The position numbers and the translations under genes were made by a program. A stretch of 16,976 bases of DNA from Amoeboaphelidium protococcarum X5 (lineage: Eukaryota; Fungi; Aphelidiomycota), in contig JALDTO010000134.1 of assembly GCA_023515725.1 (NCBI GenBank), positions 1-16,976 on the forward strand, read 5' to 3'. Under the pieces are notes generated by a model, which made no database searches, was not told the origin of the DNA, and saw nothing but the letters and a program-made list of their open reading frames with translations. Shown here one piece after another: positions 1 through 14,525 of this stretch. The number at the start of each line of letters is the position of its first letter. The first letter of the stretch is position 1.

Positions 1-143
1 CCCAGGTGGGTGGGGAGAATTGAATAATAAAGTAATACTATTTTCGTCTTGGTTTTCGTAGTCTCTCTATCTCCCAGGTCGGAGGGGAGACTTGAATAAT
101 AAAGTGAGCTTCGTTTTCGCTTCGTTTTCTTTAATCTTGATCT
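1..143. repeat. Imperfect ~72-bp tandem duplication (2 copies visible; may extend left of the window)
   Basis: cccaggtgggtggggagaattgaataataaagt at 1 and cccaggtcggaggggagacttgaataataaagt at 73, each followed by ttttcg-rich sequence. Confidence 0.8.
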
Positions 144-162
144 TCACGACTCTAAAACATTG

Positions 163-207
163 TATGATTACCTTATGGATTACCTTATGATTACCTTATG
201 ATTACCT
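163..207. repeat. 11-bp minisatellite (TATGATTACCT)x4
   Basis: Copies at 163, 174 (one extra g), 186 and 197. Confidence 0.9.
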
Positions 208-312
208 TGAGCATGCCGGTGTCACCCATTCGGGGCCTGGATGCCAATACTTTACGAGAGTAATATATCAATGAATAGAATTCATAGTTCATTTCAGTTA
301 ATACTACCTATT

Positions 313-2376
313 TCACTTGCCCAAATTGCTAATAAGTTACTCCACATTGTGTAGTTGCATTTGTAAATCACCTTCAGTCTTCAACTTCTCAATCTAATTC
401 TTCTCCAGTGTGATACCTGAAGCTGATTTTAAATGCAACTGCTGAATTGCACGCAACTTTCTCTATAATCCCAGAGCCTTCTTTTCCAGTACATCTCTTT
501 CCGTCTTTATCTCATTACTTACACCAACTGCGTCCACGCGTCCATTGCTACTGTCAGACTTGAGTTCAACGCGCTACTTCTCCACCGAATCTACCACAGA
601 CGAAGTCTTTGATTAGCGATCCTACCGAGATCCTGAATCTTGGTGTAATTTCGACTACTTCCCGTTATTAGATGATGGTGAAGATGATGACTTCTTCTAA
701 TCATTGTTGGGAGTACTAAAACTAGCTCCAATAATTCCCCTGTTCTACTTTCTTAAATGAGGAGGAACGTAACCAGACTTTTACGCTCCATTAGACTGAC
801 CATTGGCAGATTGCTACTTTTTCAGTGTAATTTCTTGCAACTTGCCAGCATCAATCGTGATATCAATTTCTTTAATACCAGTACCCGTTGTAATCGATGA
901 TGATACCTGAGGACTAGCTACTAAAAAGCACTGATAAAGTTCTTTATATGACTTCTCCCACAACAAATCACCATAAATGTTACGCACTCTGAATCTATTA
1001 TCTACTCTAAGACGCGGGAAAGTGGTGGCACACACGATGCATACGCCCTTAGTGTCCGATCCTCCACTTGCACCATCTACTGAGGACATTGCAGTCACAT
1101 TGGACAACTCGATGAAAATCGGTGAATCTTCCTTATACTCAGCAATCAACTTTACGTCCAGCGCCAGATTACGGTTACCAGCAAGTAGACCGCGAGAGTA
1201 CAAATCCCAAATCTGAGTGTAGCCGGCCAGATTACCATATCCACCAAACAGTAAAAATCTGCCTTCCGGAGATATACGAACAGTATTACGTGCAAACTAT
1301 CCAAAATCAAACACTCGACTGCCTTTGGTGTTATATAGACCTGCACTACTTGGCGTGTTACCGTAAACCACCACAAAATTACTAATTTTATTCTACTCAG
1401 GCAGCCAGGTAAAGTCGTGGATGGGGCCAACCTTATCAAGACCAACTGTAGTACCTATTCCTTCTTGCAGATCAGTGACCGCGGAACCAGATAACTAACT
1501 ATTAAACAGATAAAGCTTCTAAATTCCATAATAAGATTTGTTGGACTTGTCAACGTCTATGGTGCACAACGCAAGACAATGCTGTCCAGAGGTGCTCCAT
1601 TTAAAAGTGACTTGATCAGCTTTAATCACAGCCTTCTCCCCTAGCAAGGTGACCGCGTTAGATTTCAAGTCATACTAGAACATTCTAATAAAAGCACTGG
1701 TATCATTATTCAGCTGAGTGGCGTAAGTCATGATGTATACACAGTTGCCATCACTCACCACTGGACACACCTGGAACTGTACCAACTGCAATCCCTCAAC
1801 TTGAACCATAGCCACGACTGCCTTGAATCCATCAGCACTATGACTAACTAAAGCCTTATTTCCTTCACCACGCCAAACCATAAAACGCTCCTACTCATCC
1901 CATTAAGGCCTCCACATGTCAATATTACGAATCTGATATGATGCCACGATAGAAGCATCGGTAGCTGAGATGATCTTTACATTATTCTTAGCCTCAGCCG
2001 CCGCCGCCGCCGATGATGATGAACCATTTGACACGTCCACCTGCGGCATATCCTTCATACGAGTGTACACAGCGACATAACCACCACTCGGACTGACAAG
2101 ATAATCGTGAATATTAGGCAACTGGAAATGCACCACTTGATCCGAGGAAGAAGATTCAGTCAGAGACAATCGCCTAATAACAAGACCTTGAGAGTGCAAG
2201 AATACTCCAACACGACCATTAGCAGAGAACTGGCAGCTCTTGATAGTAAAACCAGAGGCTCCATTCGCACCTTAAACTTTCTACGGTGGTGATAACTCTT
2301 TAATACTCACAGAGCTCAACTACGGAAATAGATGCCTTTCCACACCTTGATCAGAACGCGTCTCTATTGCAATCAT
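313..2376 (-). CDS. EIF2A: Eukaryotic translation initiation factor 2A, ~687 aa, intronless, read with TAA/TAG=Gln
   Basis: ORFs 1903..2199, 1675..1881 and 814..1203 share one frame from ATG 2376 to TGA 313-315. Motifs: WRPQW, DVDKSNKSYYG, DKVGPIHDFTW, RNTVRISPEGRFLLFGGYGNLAG, ATTFPRLRVDN, YVPPHLR, C-terminal RKLRAIQQL..LEKNQIEKL. Confidence 0.93.
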
Positions 2377-2515
2377 ATTAAATCTTCCAAATTCAAAGTT
2401 CTATCAATCTATACACACTTAGAGAGGAGACTATATATTGGAATAGTATACCTAGGATATTAGTACCACCAAAAAAATGCGAGATGATAACAGAAAATGT
2501 GCCAGTAAATTAACA

Positions 2516-2535
2516 ACACACACACACACACACAC
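2516..2535. repeat. (AC)10 microsatellite in the divergent EIF2A/WD40 intergenic region
   Basis: Read directly from the sequence. Confidence 0.9.
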
Positions 2536-2900
2536 CTAAAGATGAACAGTCACTCCAACTACAGAGAAAAGACAATGATGAAGAGAAAATGAAAAAGAAG
2601 AACGGGAAAGAAAATCGAGGGAAAACGGCAGAGATCAACTCACCCACCCCGAGTAGCTTGAGGAACAAAAAGAAGAAACGAAGAGAGCTCTTCAGTAAGC
2701 GGCAACACTCTCGGTCTGTCTCAGCAGAATTCGGGTAAGGTCGTCCGTCACTGAGCAGAGTCAGTCTCTCCTCTTTCGTTTTGAAGGAAAAAAGAGTTGT
2801 TTCGTCTTAGTTTACTGCGCGATTATTAATTCCACTCTATCTAAAGAGTCTAATCTTTATCATTACAAAAAGGAGTGGTCTTAAGTTATCATCATAGGAC

Positions 2901-5162
2901 ATGCTGCGATTAAGTAATGTTAATGCATCTCTGGGAGTCAGGCTCTGTGCGGTGAAGAATGTTCTCATTCGTAGTGATGGTGGTACTGCTACTAGTGATG
3001 AGGAAGTGGATGACCAGTGTGGCCTAATTAAAGACATTAATTAGAAGAATTCTAATTCTAGTTGGTTTTAAAAATATGAAGTTATAAACAATAGTAGTAA
3101 TAATAGTAATACTAATATTAAAGGGAACGATACTGATAATGTAAATGCGGATAATGATGTCAACTCTGTCATGATTTCGTAGAACCGTGTTATAATGGCT
3201 CAGAATTTCCAAAAGATCATCTCAGCATTGACCGTAAAAACTGTCTTGACTTGCGTTGACTCTGTGTAATTGGTATCGCAAAGTCTCTCTAAATCTGAAG
3301 AGTCGATTAGTAATGCTCAGATTGTGGCAATTGGCTCTGCGGATGGTCAAATTTTGTTACTCAACACGAGGACGTTAAAGTACAGGCGATTGCAAGTTGG
3401 ACAATGTCCTATTAGTCGCGTTGAGTTGATTATTAGAAATGAAAATAGAACTCATTCTAATTCATAAGTAGGAGATGATTCCAAGTTTACTGTATTCCTA
3501 ATTGCCTCAGTTACATCTGGTCATTTTGTGGTGCTTAACATATGTAGACTTTCAGATGACCTGTCTGATGTTGGAGAAAGTATTGCCAAACGGTCATAAT
3601 AGCTTCATACTTCCGATAGCAAGGATAATCTTTAGTAGAGTTAATAGTAGCGGTACTATACCATAGTTTCTGATCAGTTTAAGAATGGGATATACTGCTT
3701 TAAGTTGCATTAACCTGCCAGGATAAAGAGTGGAAGATTAGATTTGGAGAATAATGCGGATAGATTGACTGACCACGTCTTTGATCCTTCAATTGATGCA
3801 GAAGACCAGTATGATGGTGGTAATAGTACTCTCACCGGTGATCGATAGTAATCTGCTCCTTAAAAGTATAATTGTGGATTGACTTCATTTTCAGTATCGC
3901 CAGATCATTCTAAAGTTGCTATTACTACCACGAGTGGACATTGTTTTCTATTTAAAGATTTTAATCATCTTTTGGATAGGATGTTATCAATTTCAGGTGG
4001 TAATACTAAGAATGGCAAGTCTAACAAGTCGTTGAGAGATTCTACAGACGGAGTTGGTAGTAGTGGTGGTGGTAGAAGCAATTTAATACGACTCAGCGAT
4101 ATCTATTAGTCAATGTACGGTTCAGCTTTATGCTCGGCTTGGTCCAATGATTCTCGATTATTGTCATTCGGTGGCCAGGATGATTTGATTTATGTTATTG
4201 ATTCCCATACTTCCGAGTACTTGTACAAGCTGGATGGACACTAAAATTTTGTCAACTAGATTCTATTTCTCAATTCAGTTTAGTATGATAAGTATCTTAG
4301 GCAAGGTATGGCTTAAAATTCTTCTGGTATATTCCCTTAATGTCTATGGCCTTCCGACTAGGCAGTGGTTTAATCCACGGAATAATCTTCATCATCATAA
4401 GATTGGACGCTGTAGTAAGGAAATACGCTAGCTACCAAGTCTGTCAATGTGGAGAGTAACCATCTGAGTGGTAATTATATATTGGTCAGTGTCGGAGAAG
4501 ATTGTAGACTTTGCGTTTGGAATAACATCCATCTGTAAGAAGAGTAATATCAAGGTCGAGAACAGAGACGAAGATCGACATTGAATAGATCCATGTTGAG
4601 GTCTTCATCTGCCGCAGGTGCTGCCTCTCACCTAGGTGGGTAACAAAATGATACCAGTCCATCTAGAGAAGTAGGATAGTAATAGCGATCAACATCGTCT
4701 TCTAGAGCGTCAGATTATGATAATGAACTTACTACTACGCTGCCTTTATAGAAATTCAATGGTGACTCGGACGCAGAGAGTAAAAAGTCCCGAAAATCTT
4801 ATTTGAACAGATCTCTGCGGTCTCTATCTAGGCTGTCTAATAAGATTCTGTCTAAACCGTAATAGTAAAGGGCTACCGATGCCTATTCTAAGCATCTGCT
4901 GTAATCTGACAATGACTCTAGATTGAATGCTGTTATTGTGCATGCTTATCCATTCAGCTAGAAGACTCCCGGTGGTGGCGGTGGTAATGAAAATGCTATT
5001 CCTAGTGTTAGTTTAGATATACGGACATTGCAGAGTTCATAAGCCGTTAATGTACATAAAACACCATGCTCTGATCTTTGTATGTCAGACGATTGTTTTA
5101 TAACATCCTCTCGTGGTGGATACATCAGCAAGTTGGACATTAGTCTGAAGAAGCTGTAGTGA
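2901..5162 (+). CDS. WD40-repeat protein of the WDR20/DMWD/CreC family, ~753 aa, read with TAA/TAG=Gln
   Basis: One frame with no TGA from ATG 2901 to TGA 5160-5162, containing ORFs 3270..3467 and 3879..4109. Motifs SMYGSALCSAWSNDSRLLSFGGQDDLIYV, LDGHQNFVNQILF, LVSVGEDCRLCVW and ITSSRGGYI resemble WDR20/CreC blades. Start uncertain: the frame is also open from ATG 2589. Confidence 0.75.
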
Positions 5163-5388
5163 AGCAGCATTGGTTATATTTTCTGTTACTATAGTGCTCT
5201 GCTAACATAAAAGTCAAAACTTCATTTTGTGTAAAAGTAAGAGATAAAACTCACAATAGTAATCGTAACTTATCGGAAGTATCCCTTTTATTCAATGCAT
5301 CATCATTTTTAAACTTAGAGCAATAAGCACATTCTTTTCAGCTGTACACACATTCAAAAAGAATTTTCCACATCTCTTACTTGTTCCA

Positions 5389-7734
<2,346 letters not shown>

Positions 7735-8225
7735 ATCTAAGTACAGTATTAAAGTATCGATACACTCCAAGTCAAGACAATCAAAACTAAATAAATAATG
7801 AAAAAATATTAACAGAGATAGTGTGCAACTATCGTCGGTAATAGTGAGTGACTGTAATGAGTGACTGAATGATTTTTCAAAGACAAAAGAAACGGCGCTG
7901 AAACAAAGCAAACTCAACAGATCTGAAACGATATAAATATAGCCTATGATCGTTTAGGCCTTCTTTATTGATAAACTGCGCAACGTATTTATGGCGGACT
8001 TTTATGATATTCAATAAGGATGAAGGATTTAGTTTAGTCTACTCATACGCAGTTTGGCGCAATGCATACACTTTATCTAACGTAGTGGGTGTTCAGCCAG
8101 AACTAAAGATGCCGCCTTTCATCGCCAGAAACCAGTAAATACAGTAGAGCGAGTAATAATAAAACACCATTTTATTTAACAGCTCACAATACAATTTAAC
8201 ATATTATTAGCGTGGGATTACACAT

Positions 8226-8762
8226 TCAATAATTACGAGGACTTCTTCTTAAGGGAGGATCTTCATAAACTTAGTCCTCCCGCACATCAACATGCTCTTA
8301 ACCACGATTAGCAACATCGGCGTAAACAACGCGAGCATTCCCCAGTTTCTGATTTATTTGCTGCAGCGTTACCTACTATTGCTACAGCGTTACCTACTAT
8401 TGCTGCAGCATTACCTACTATTGCTACTGTGCCATATGAAATTGCTACATTGTAGTCTGCATCTACTGCATCATAGTCCGCAACTCAGTGATGGAACGGG
8501 TTTAATTCGCATATCCAGTTCTCAATGTAGCTATACCATCTCTCAAAGCAAGTAGATCAGCTGCATTGACATCTTGAGCAAGCAAAAGGGCGTGTTCTTA
8601 GCGATGCTTCTCCAGCGCAACTCTCTTAACTAATTCACGCTCCTCCTGGGTGAGGTTTTCCAAATTTTACAACGACAGCCATGTAGAGTTCTTGAAGTCC
8701 GCATGTAGCAATTCAGCATGCGTTTGAGGATTTTCGGGTGGATTACACGGTATTCGAGGCAT
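8226..8762 (-). CDS. Hypothetical 178-aa Gln-rich coiled-coil protein, no family recognised
   Basis: ATG 8762 to TGA 8226-8228 with TAA/TAG=Gln: MPRIPCNPPENPQTHAELLH...MQQMQTTMQQFHMAQQQQQVMLQQQQVTLQQQQVTLQQINQKLG...DPPLRRSPRNY. It fills the gap between PAK and NOP2, and an AATAAA lies ~50 nt downstream on the same strand. Confidence 0.65.
8359..8426. repeat. 21-bp tandem repeat, 3 copies plus a partial, encoding QQQQV(T/M)L heptads on the - strand
   Basis: tgctgcagcgttacctactat / tgctacagcgttacctactat / tgctgcagcattacctactat at 8359, 8380 and 8401. Confidence 0.9.
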
Positions 8763-9027
8763 TTCGTTAAATAGATACGCTTTAATGTTCAGACTTGGGA
8801 TGTGGTAGAAGGTAAAGAGAGAATGTCGGCGAAATCTCGTTTTAAATCAGATTTTGCGCCGAAACGGGAAAGTGCATTGAAAAAGTAAAAGCCTTACATA
8901 GAATTTGAAGTCTCGCCGCTGGCTTAGTAAAGTGCTAAAGTGGCGTGTAGTAATTTAGGGAAGAAATCAAGCGCCAGATATAACTTTAAAGTAGTCTATT
9001 AATCAATAGATCATTTGTATACTTCAC

Positions 9028-10950
9028 TCATTTGGACATGGATGAGATTATCTTGGCATCGGCAGCGTCATCAAAGTGCGCCACCTCCTCATTATTACGC
9101 GACTTTTAAAAGTCTTTCCCAACCTACTTAGACTCTGCAGATTACTTCGCTGCCGCAGGAATCTTGTTCGACATTTTCTTAAACTTGGCAACATAGAAAC
9201 CATCCATATTATGCGTATGTGGATAGTATCTGCGCGTCAGATTCAAAGTTTAGGAGAACTTTTTCCCTCTAAACTTGGTGAATCCCTACTCACCAAAATC
9301 TAAACCAGTTGATACTAACTTGACGTTAGGACGCTTACTCAATGCATAGTTGACAACCTCTTCATTCTCCTCCACCATGATAGAGCAGGTGGAGTACACG
9401 ATATATCCTCCAGTCTTGGATGTTGCATCAACAGAGTCAATAGCGCTAAGAATCAGCTCCTTCTGCAGTTTGGTGAGCATCTAAAAGTCATCGGCACTCT
9501 TGTTAACTTTTACCGCCTAATCTTTAGATATTACACCAGTACCTGAACATGGCGCGTCCAAAAGTACTCTATCAAATCCTCCGATAACTTCAGGAAATTT
9601 TCGCCCATCATAATTGCAAATCACCGTATTCTTGATACCCATTCTGTGGATATTGGCAATGAGGCCTTTACAACGATCCTTACTCGCGTCATTGGCAAAC
9701 AGACAACCGGAATTTTTCATCAGAGCGGCAATGTAAGAAGTCTTACCACCAGGAGCTGAGGCCATGTCCAAGATACGCTCATTCTCTTTTGGCGCCAGTG
9801 CCATCACAGGCAGGAACGATGATGCAGATTGTAGCATATACTAACCTGACATATACTCTGGCGTGGCACCGATAGGGACAGCAGAATCGTAGATTGTCAA
9901 ACCAACCTTTGACCACTTACCAATAGGATCCAAATTCACACCTCTATTAATGAGAGCTTATGCTACATCACGTCTCTTGGCCTTCAGCGTATTCACTCTG
10001 ATAGTTACCGGACGAGGCACTTCATTAGCCTCCAAGAACGAAATGCATTCAGCAGGAGTGAATAGCTATAACAATTTCTCCATCAGAAACTCGTTATATC
10101 CATAATAAGAGCATAGATCTTCCTTAAAGCGCGCCATATATTCTTTTCTACTGATACCATCCTGGTGAAGTTGGGAGAAATTAGACAATACGCGACTAGT
10201 TTCCTGGATTCTCTACTGAATCAGTTGGATATCAGGAGCGATAACAGAATTCTTTTCCATAATCGAACCATCGGGCAACTGAATCTACTAGGACTGATCA
10301 ATATTGAGAATAGGCTCCTGGTCCTCTTCCTCTTCATTAATGTCAGCATCAATTCCATCCTCCTAAAGGTCACCACCAAATTCGTCATCTTCGCTGCCAC
10401 TGATCTGTGAAAAATCGTCAAAATCATCGCCAACTTCTTCACCACCGCTCATATCATCCCATAGCATATCTCCATTATCACTACCATCTACAGAGCCAAG
10501 ATCCAGCTCATTTATATCTTCCGCATCTTGCCCCTCCTGGCCATCATCCTAAACCATGTCATTCGCATTAGAAAGCTCAACTTCAACTTCAGAGGATCCG
10601 TCAACAACTTGATCGTCATCCTCCTCCATTTCGCTTCCAAAATCAAACGCGTCATGTGCTTCATCTTCACTACTATTATATCTGTCCAGTCTCTTTTGAA
10701 TCTTTCTAGACTTTCCCTTCATCAGAGTGGTTTCTGTGCTAGTTTCCGCAACCTCAGTCTGGAGCAAATTCTCCACTTTTTCATCAGGTACGTCCTTAGC
10801 GACAGTCGCATCCTCACGCTGAATCTCAGTTTGACTCTTCTTCTTAGCTAGTTGAAGTCTCTTTCCCTTAGAATCTTTCTAAATCGGCAATGGATCCCTC
10901 TACTTCAACCTAGCTTTACGTCCTTTACGCGTCAAAAATTCCTTTGGCAT
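9028..10950 (-). CDS. NOP2: 25S/28S rRNA m5C methyltransferase Nop2/NSUN1, ~640 aa, intronless
   Basis: ATG 10950 to TGA 9028-9030 in one frame. Acidic N-terminal region, then [65 protein letters not shown]. Confidence 0.95.
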
Positions 10951-11201
10951 TTTATAATTTGATAATTATCACTATATATCTTTCGCACAATAGTTTAATG
11001 GAAAACAAAGAGAGGGCAAACTGAAAAATGGTCAAAGTTTTGACAACAGAAATTTACCGCGTTCAACTCTAACGGTATGAAGCTTTGACTAAACAAAACA
11101 ACTTTAATTAAAATCGCGATTAAAAAGAGATTTGCATCAAAGTGACAACGTATAATATAATAAAGTCACTTTATCGTTCCATTATGCCGCTACAATGTAA
11201 A

Positions 11202-14156
11202 TCACTCCTCAGCAGCCAAAGCCTTCTTCTGAGTGAGCGTAATCTTGTCACCCAAACTCAGGGCTATTCCTTGAGTTCTGCTTCTGATACGGATGCTTCC
11301 ACGGATTGTTTTATCAACAGGATTCTACTCCATGCTGATATTGGCCAAAGCATCTTCACCGAACAAGGAGCGAGCATACAGATTAGCTGAAAGGAAACCG
11401 CAACTGCCAGCCAAAGCCTTCTCCGGCGTCAGACACTTCATATTCGTGCACTTCAACACATGCTTCAGATATTCGTGTATATCCGTGATGTTGGTGTTAA
11501 TATTGATCTTATTCTCCCACTCAAACTCAGTCCACATGGATCTAAATTCATTGTTGGTGCACTCTGCCGGGCGAATATAGTCCATAATGTCAACGTGGAT
11601 ATCCTTCAACAGGATGACAGTAGAATCCGATGAACCCTTCTGATCATACACAATGTTGCCAAATATGACTCCAGTCTCAGTAGAAGAAACTTTAATATTA
11701 GCCTTGATGGAGTGGAATCCATGAGCTCCCAAATTAACCGCGGTTGGTCTCTCTACGATCTTTAAATCACCTAGAGTAGAGAATTCAATAGTCAAATTTT
11801 GCAGCGTGGCAGTGGTTTGATTAACCAACAACACATCTAGTAAGATATCATACTGATGTACATCCACGTACGCTTCTGCGTACACAGTATCGGAATATCC
11901 AGTTAGTTGGACAACACGATTCAGCTTATTACTACCGACACCTTTAATATCAGATGAGCCAGTTGCTTTGGCAATATCTTACTCATACGCAGAAGCTATA
12001 GCATTAGCACCAGTCTTGGTCTTGATCTGTCTGAACAGGACCAACTATTCCAGATTCTGAGAGGCAGCAGACTGAGAACCCAAGCCCACGCCGCCAGCAC
12101 CAGAAGACAGATTCAATGACAATTGAGCCATCTTCTTCTTTCCCTCATTCACCTGCATCAACTTGGCGAATACTTCATGGGAATGCTTCAATAGGATAAC
12201 ATTCATCTTGGAGACTGCTTGGCTATTGCTCAACATTTTCAAACAGCTCAACAATCTCCCATAAGAATCTTCATCAATTTGGGCAGATACGATGCTACTC
12301 TAACCGACGCGGATGACGCTAGTGATGATCAGCATGGACAATGCCTTCAACGAGTTGGTCAAATTCATATCAGCGCCAGGTGTCTGAGCCAATCTAAATA
12401 TCAATTTCACCATAGAAACTCCCAACACTCCGGCCAGGAAGTAATCTCCCTCCAAAATGAGTGCTCTCAACTATGGCTTACTTAAGCCGGCAACAGTGTT
12501 CTAAAGCGTAGTAGGACTGACATGGCTATAAGTAGTCTCGGTGGCATATGTACCATCAGCCAATACCTTGGTCTTAGTCACCGGTTTCATATCCGCACCA
12601 TTCACCTGTTACTACCCATCATTTTCATTCGACAGGTCATTCATCAACACTTCTTCCGCGGCCATTCTCTCACTTTCCAAAATCGGCAACTTTCCAATAC
12701 TATCACGAATCACTCCGAAAGCAGATTCAATCAACCTCTGATCATTGCAATACTCTCCAATCACCCACAGAGCTCCACGCAAAACCTTACCGTTCTTCAT
12801 ATCCTTGAAATTCTCAAATAACTTTACCAAAATCTCATGACGCATTGCACTGTTCTTCTCCATAACTTCGCGGATGAAAGAAATAACGTCAAGAGCTGCA
12901 TTCGTATTAGAATCTCCCAAATACTCCATCAATACGTGAACCACCTCAGCGGAGCCTTCAGGGAATCTAAGGGCACATTGATGAATGGCATGGATCAACA
13001 ATTGGCGATACTCGGCACTCTTATCCTTGGCATTAGGATCTCTAGTCTTCTAGATCTCCTTCTAAAGGAAGCTGACAACTTCACGAATATTCTTAGTGGA
13101 CAGAAGATCCAGGGCCACACTAACAGCCTTCTTACAAACTTCAATGTCCGGACTGGATAGCACTCTTAGCACATCAATGGCCAAATCATCCAATACACGA
13201 TCATATTTGGTCTTAATCTCAGCCAGGCGATCCAAAACAATCAACTTGACATTATTATCACTCTCTTTCGTTGCCAGCTCGGCATAACACTTTCCAACAG
13301 CAGTGACAGCAGCAGGAGACTGTGTCAACATCATCAGAGTACCAGATGCCTCAAACTTCACCGCCGCGCTCTAAGTACACTCCAACAATGTGAGGATGGC
13401 CTTGATATAGGATGAGCGAGCCTCAGGATTACCGGTAGTATCTCTCTTAATCAGCTCAACAATTGCCAACTACATGTGATCGTCAAACTGGTCCACTCTG
13501 TCCAGCAGTGACATTAAGTAAACCAATGCACGATGATGATCGATGGAGGTGAGGGCAAGGAATGCATTACGCCTGCAGTTAGCATCCACCTCCTGCATCA
13601 GATAAGCCTGAACAATCTCACCAGCATCCGGGATAAGAGTCTCGTTGTATTTGAAGATGCTCATAATGGAGACGACTGCATTCTTTCTCACCAGAGAACT
13701 ACGATGCTCCAGACACTATCTGACACTGGGCACAAGTGGCTCCAACAGATCCGTCTCCCGCAACTTGCACAGCAGACGCAGAGTAGCTGCGCGAACATAC
13801 TCATTAGGAGATTGAAGATCATTTCTCAGGTAATTACACACCAGAATCATTTCTTATTTCAACTTTCCATCTGGATTCTTCTTAGGACACACCTCCCAGT
13901 ACACAAGCAACAGCTTCTTCAAGGTCTTGTTCTTACTAGGCAAGACAAAACGGATGACATGCATCATCATATCACCTGCCAGCTGAGTATCGCTACCTTG
14001 CATTGTAATTACCACCAGCGACTTCATGGCATCGATCTTTACACTCTCCGACTTGGACTCCAGGGCAGACTTCAAGTTTTTGACAGTAGCATCTGAGTCT
14101 TGTTCAATCCCACCAATTAACGTCCAACAAGTATCTTGCAGCATAGGTGTAGCCAT
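11202..14156 (-). CDS. COPB1: Coatomer subunit beta (beta-COP/Sec26), ~984 aa, intronless
   Basis: Six in-frame ORF fragments joined across TAA/TAG. Motifs: [89 protein letters not shown]. Ends at TGA 11202-11204. Confidence 0.96.
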
Positions 14157-14394
14157 TCTTAAAACTTTTTTCCTTGATGATAAAAAATGGATATAAACAC
14201 TGTAATTAGAGTTGTCACCTGAAATAGGCAACTAATTGAATGAATTGTAGAAAGAAGAAAGATAAATAACTATCTCGTACAAAGTGGGAGAGAGGAAGAG
14301 TTCGTTCAGTTAAATTTTTAGAAACACAAGCGCCTCGTCTCACACGTTTTATAGAGGAGAGAGAACTAAGCAAGGAATACGCAGGAATCAGAGT

Positions 14395-14412
14395 TGCAAC
14401 AACGTTGTTGCA
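14395..14412. other. Perfect 18-bp palindrome in the COPB1/TMEM18 divergent intergenic region
   Basis: TGCAACAAC|GTTGTTGCA; function unknown. Confidence 0.6.
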
Positions 14413-14525
14413 CAAAGTGTTGGCGACGAGCGAAACCACGTGAGTTAACGGACGGACATCGAGCTCGAAGGGGGAAAAATAGAAAGCGACTCCGCTCAAA
14501 ATCGCTCGTCGCAATAATAATCGAT

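Noticed and set aside
163-207. CRISPR-like or telomeric array
   Set aside because: There are no spacers, the context is eukaryotic, and there are only four internal 11-bp units.
8292-8555. + strand Leu-rich ORF with LLQRYLL repeats
   Set aside because: It is the antisense reading of the Gln-codon repeat. The - strand frame gives a longer and more natural protein.
8050-8975. E2F-like motifs (TTTGGCGC at 8053; GCGCCGAAA and CGGGAAA near 8856-8871)
   Set aside because: Short and degenerate, so they cannot be distinguished from chance without enrichment or conservation data.
13533-14096. 187-aa + strand ORF and the other antisense or alternate-frame ORFs over EIF2A, PAK, NOP2, COPB1 and the MST-like kinase
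   Set aside because: They are shadows of well-supported genes and show no recognisable motifs.
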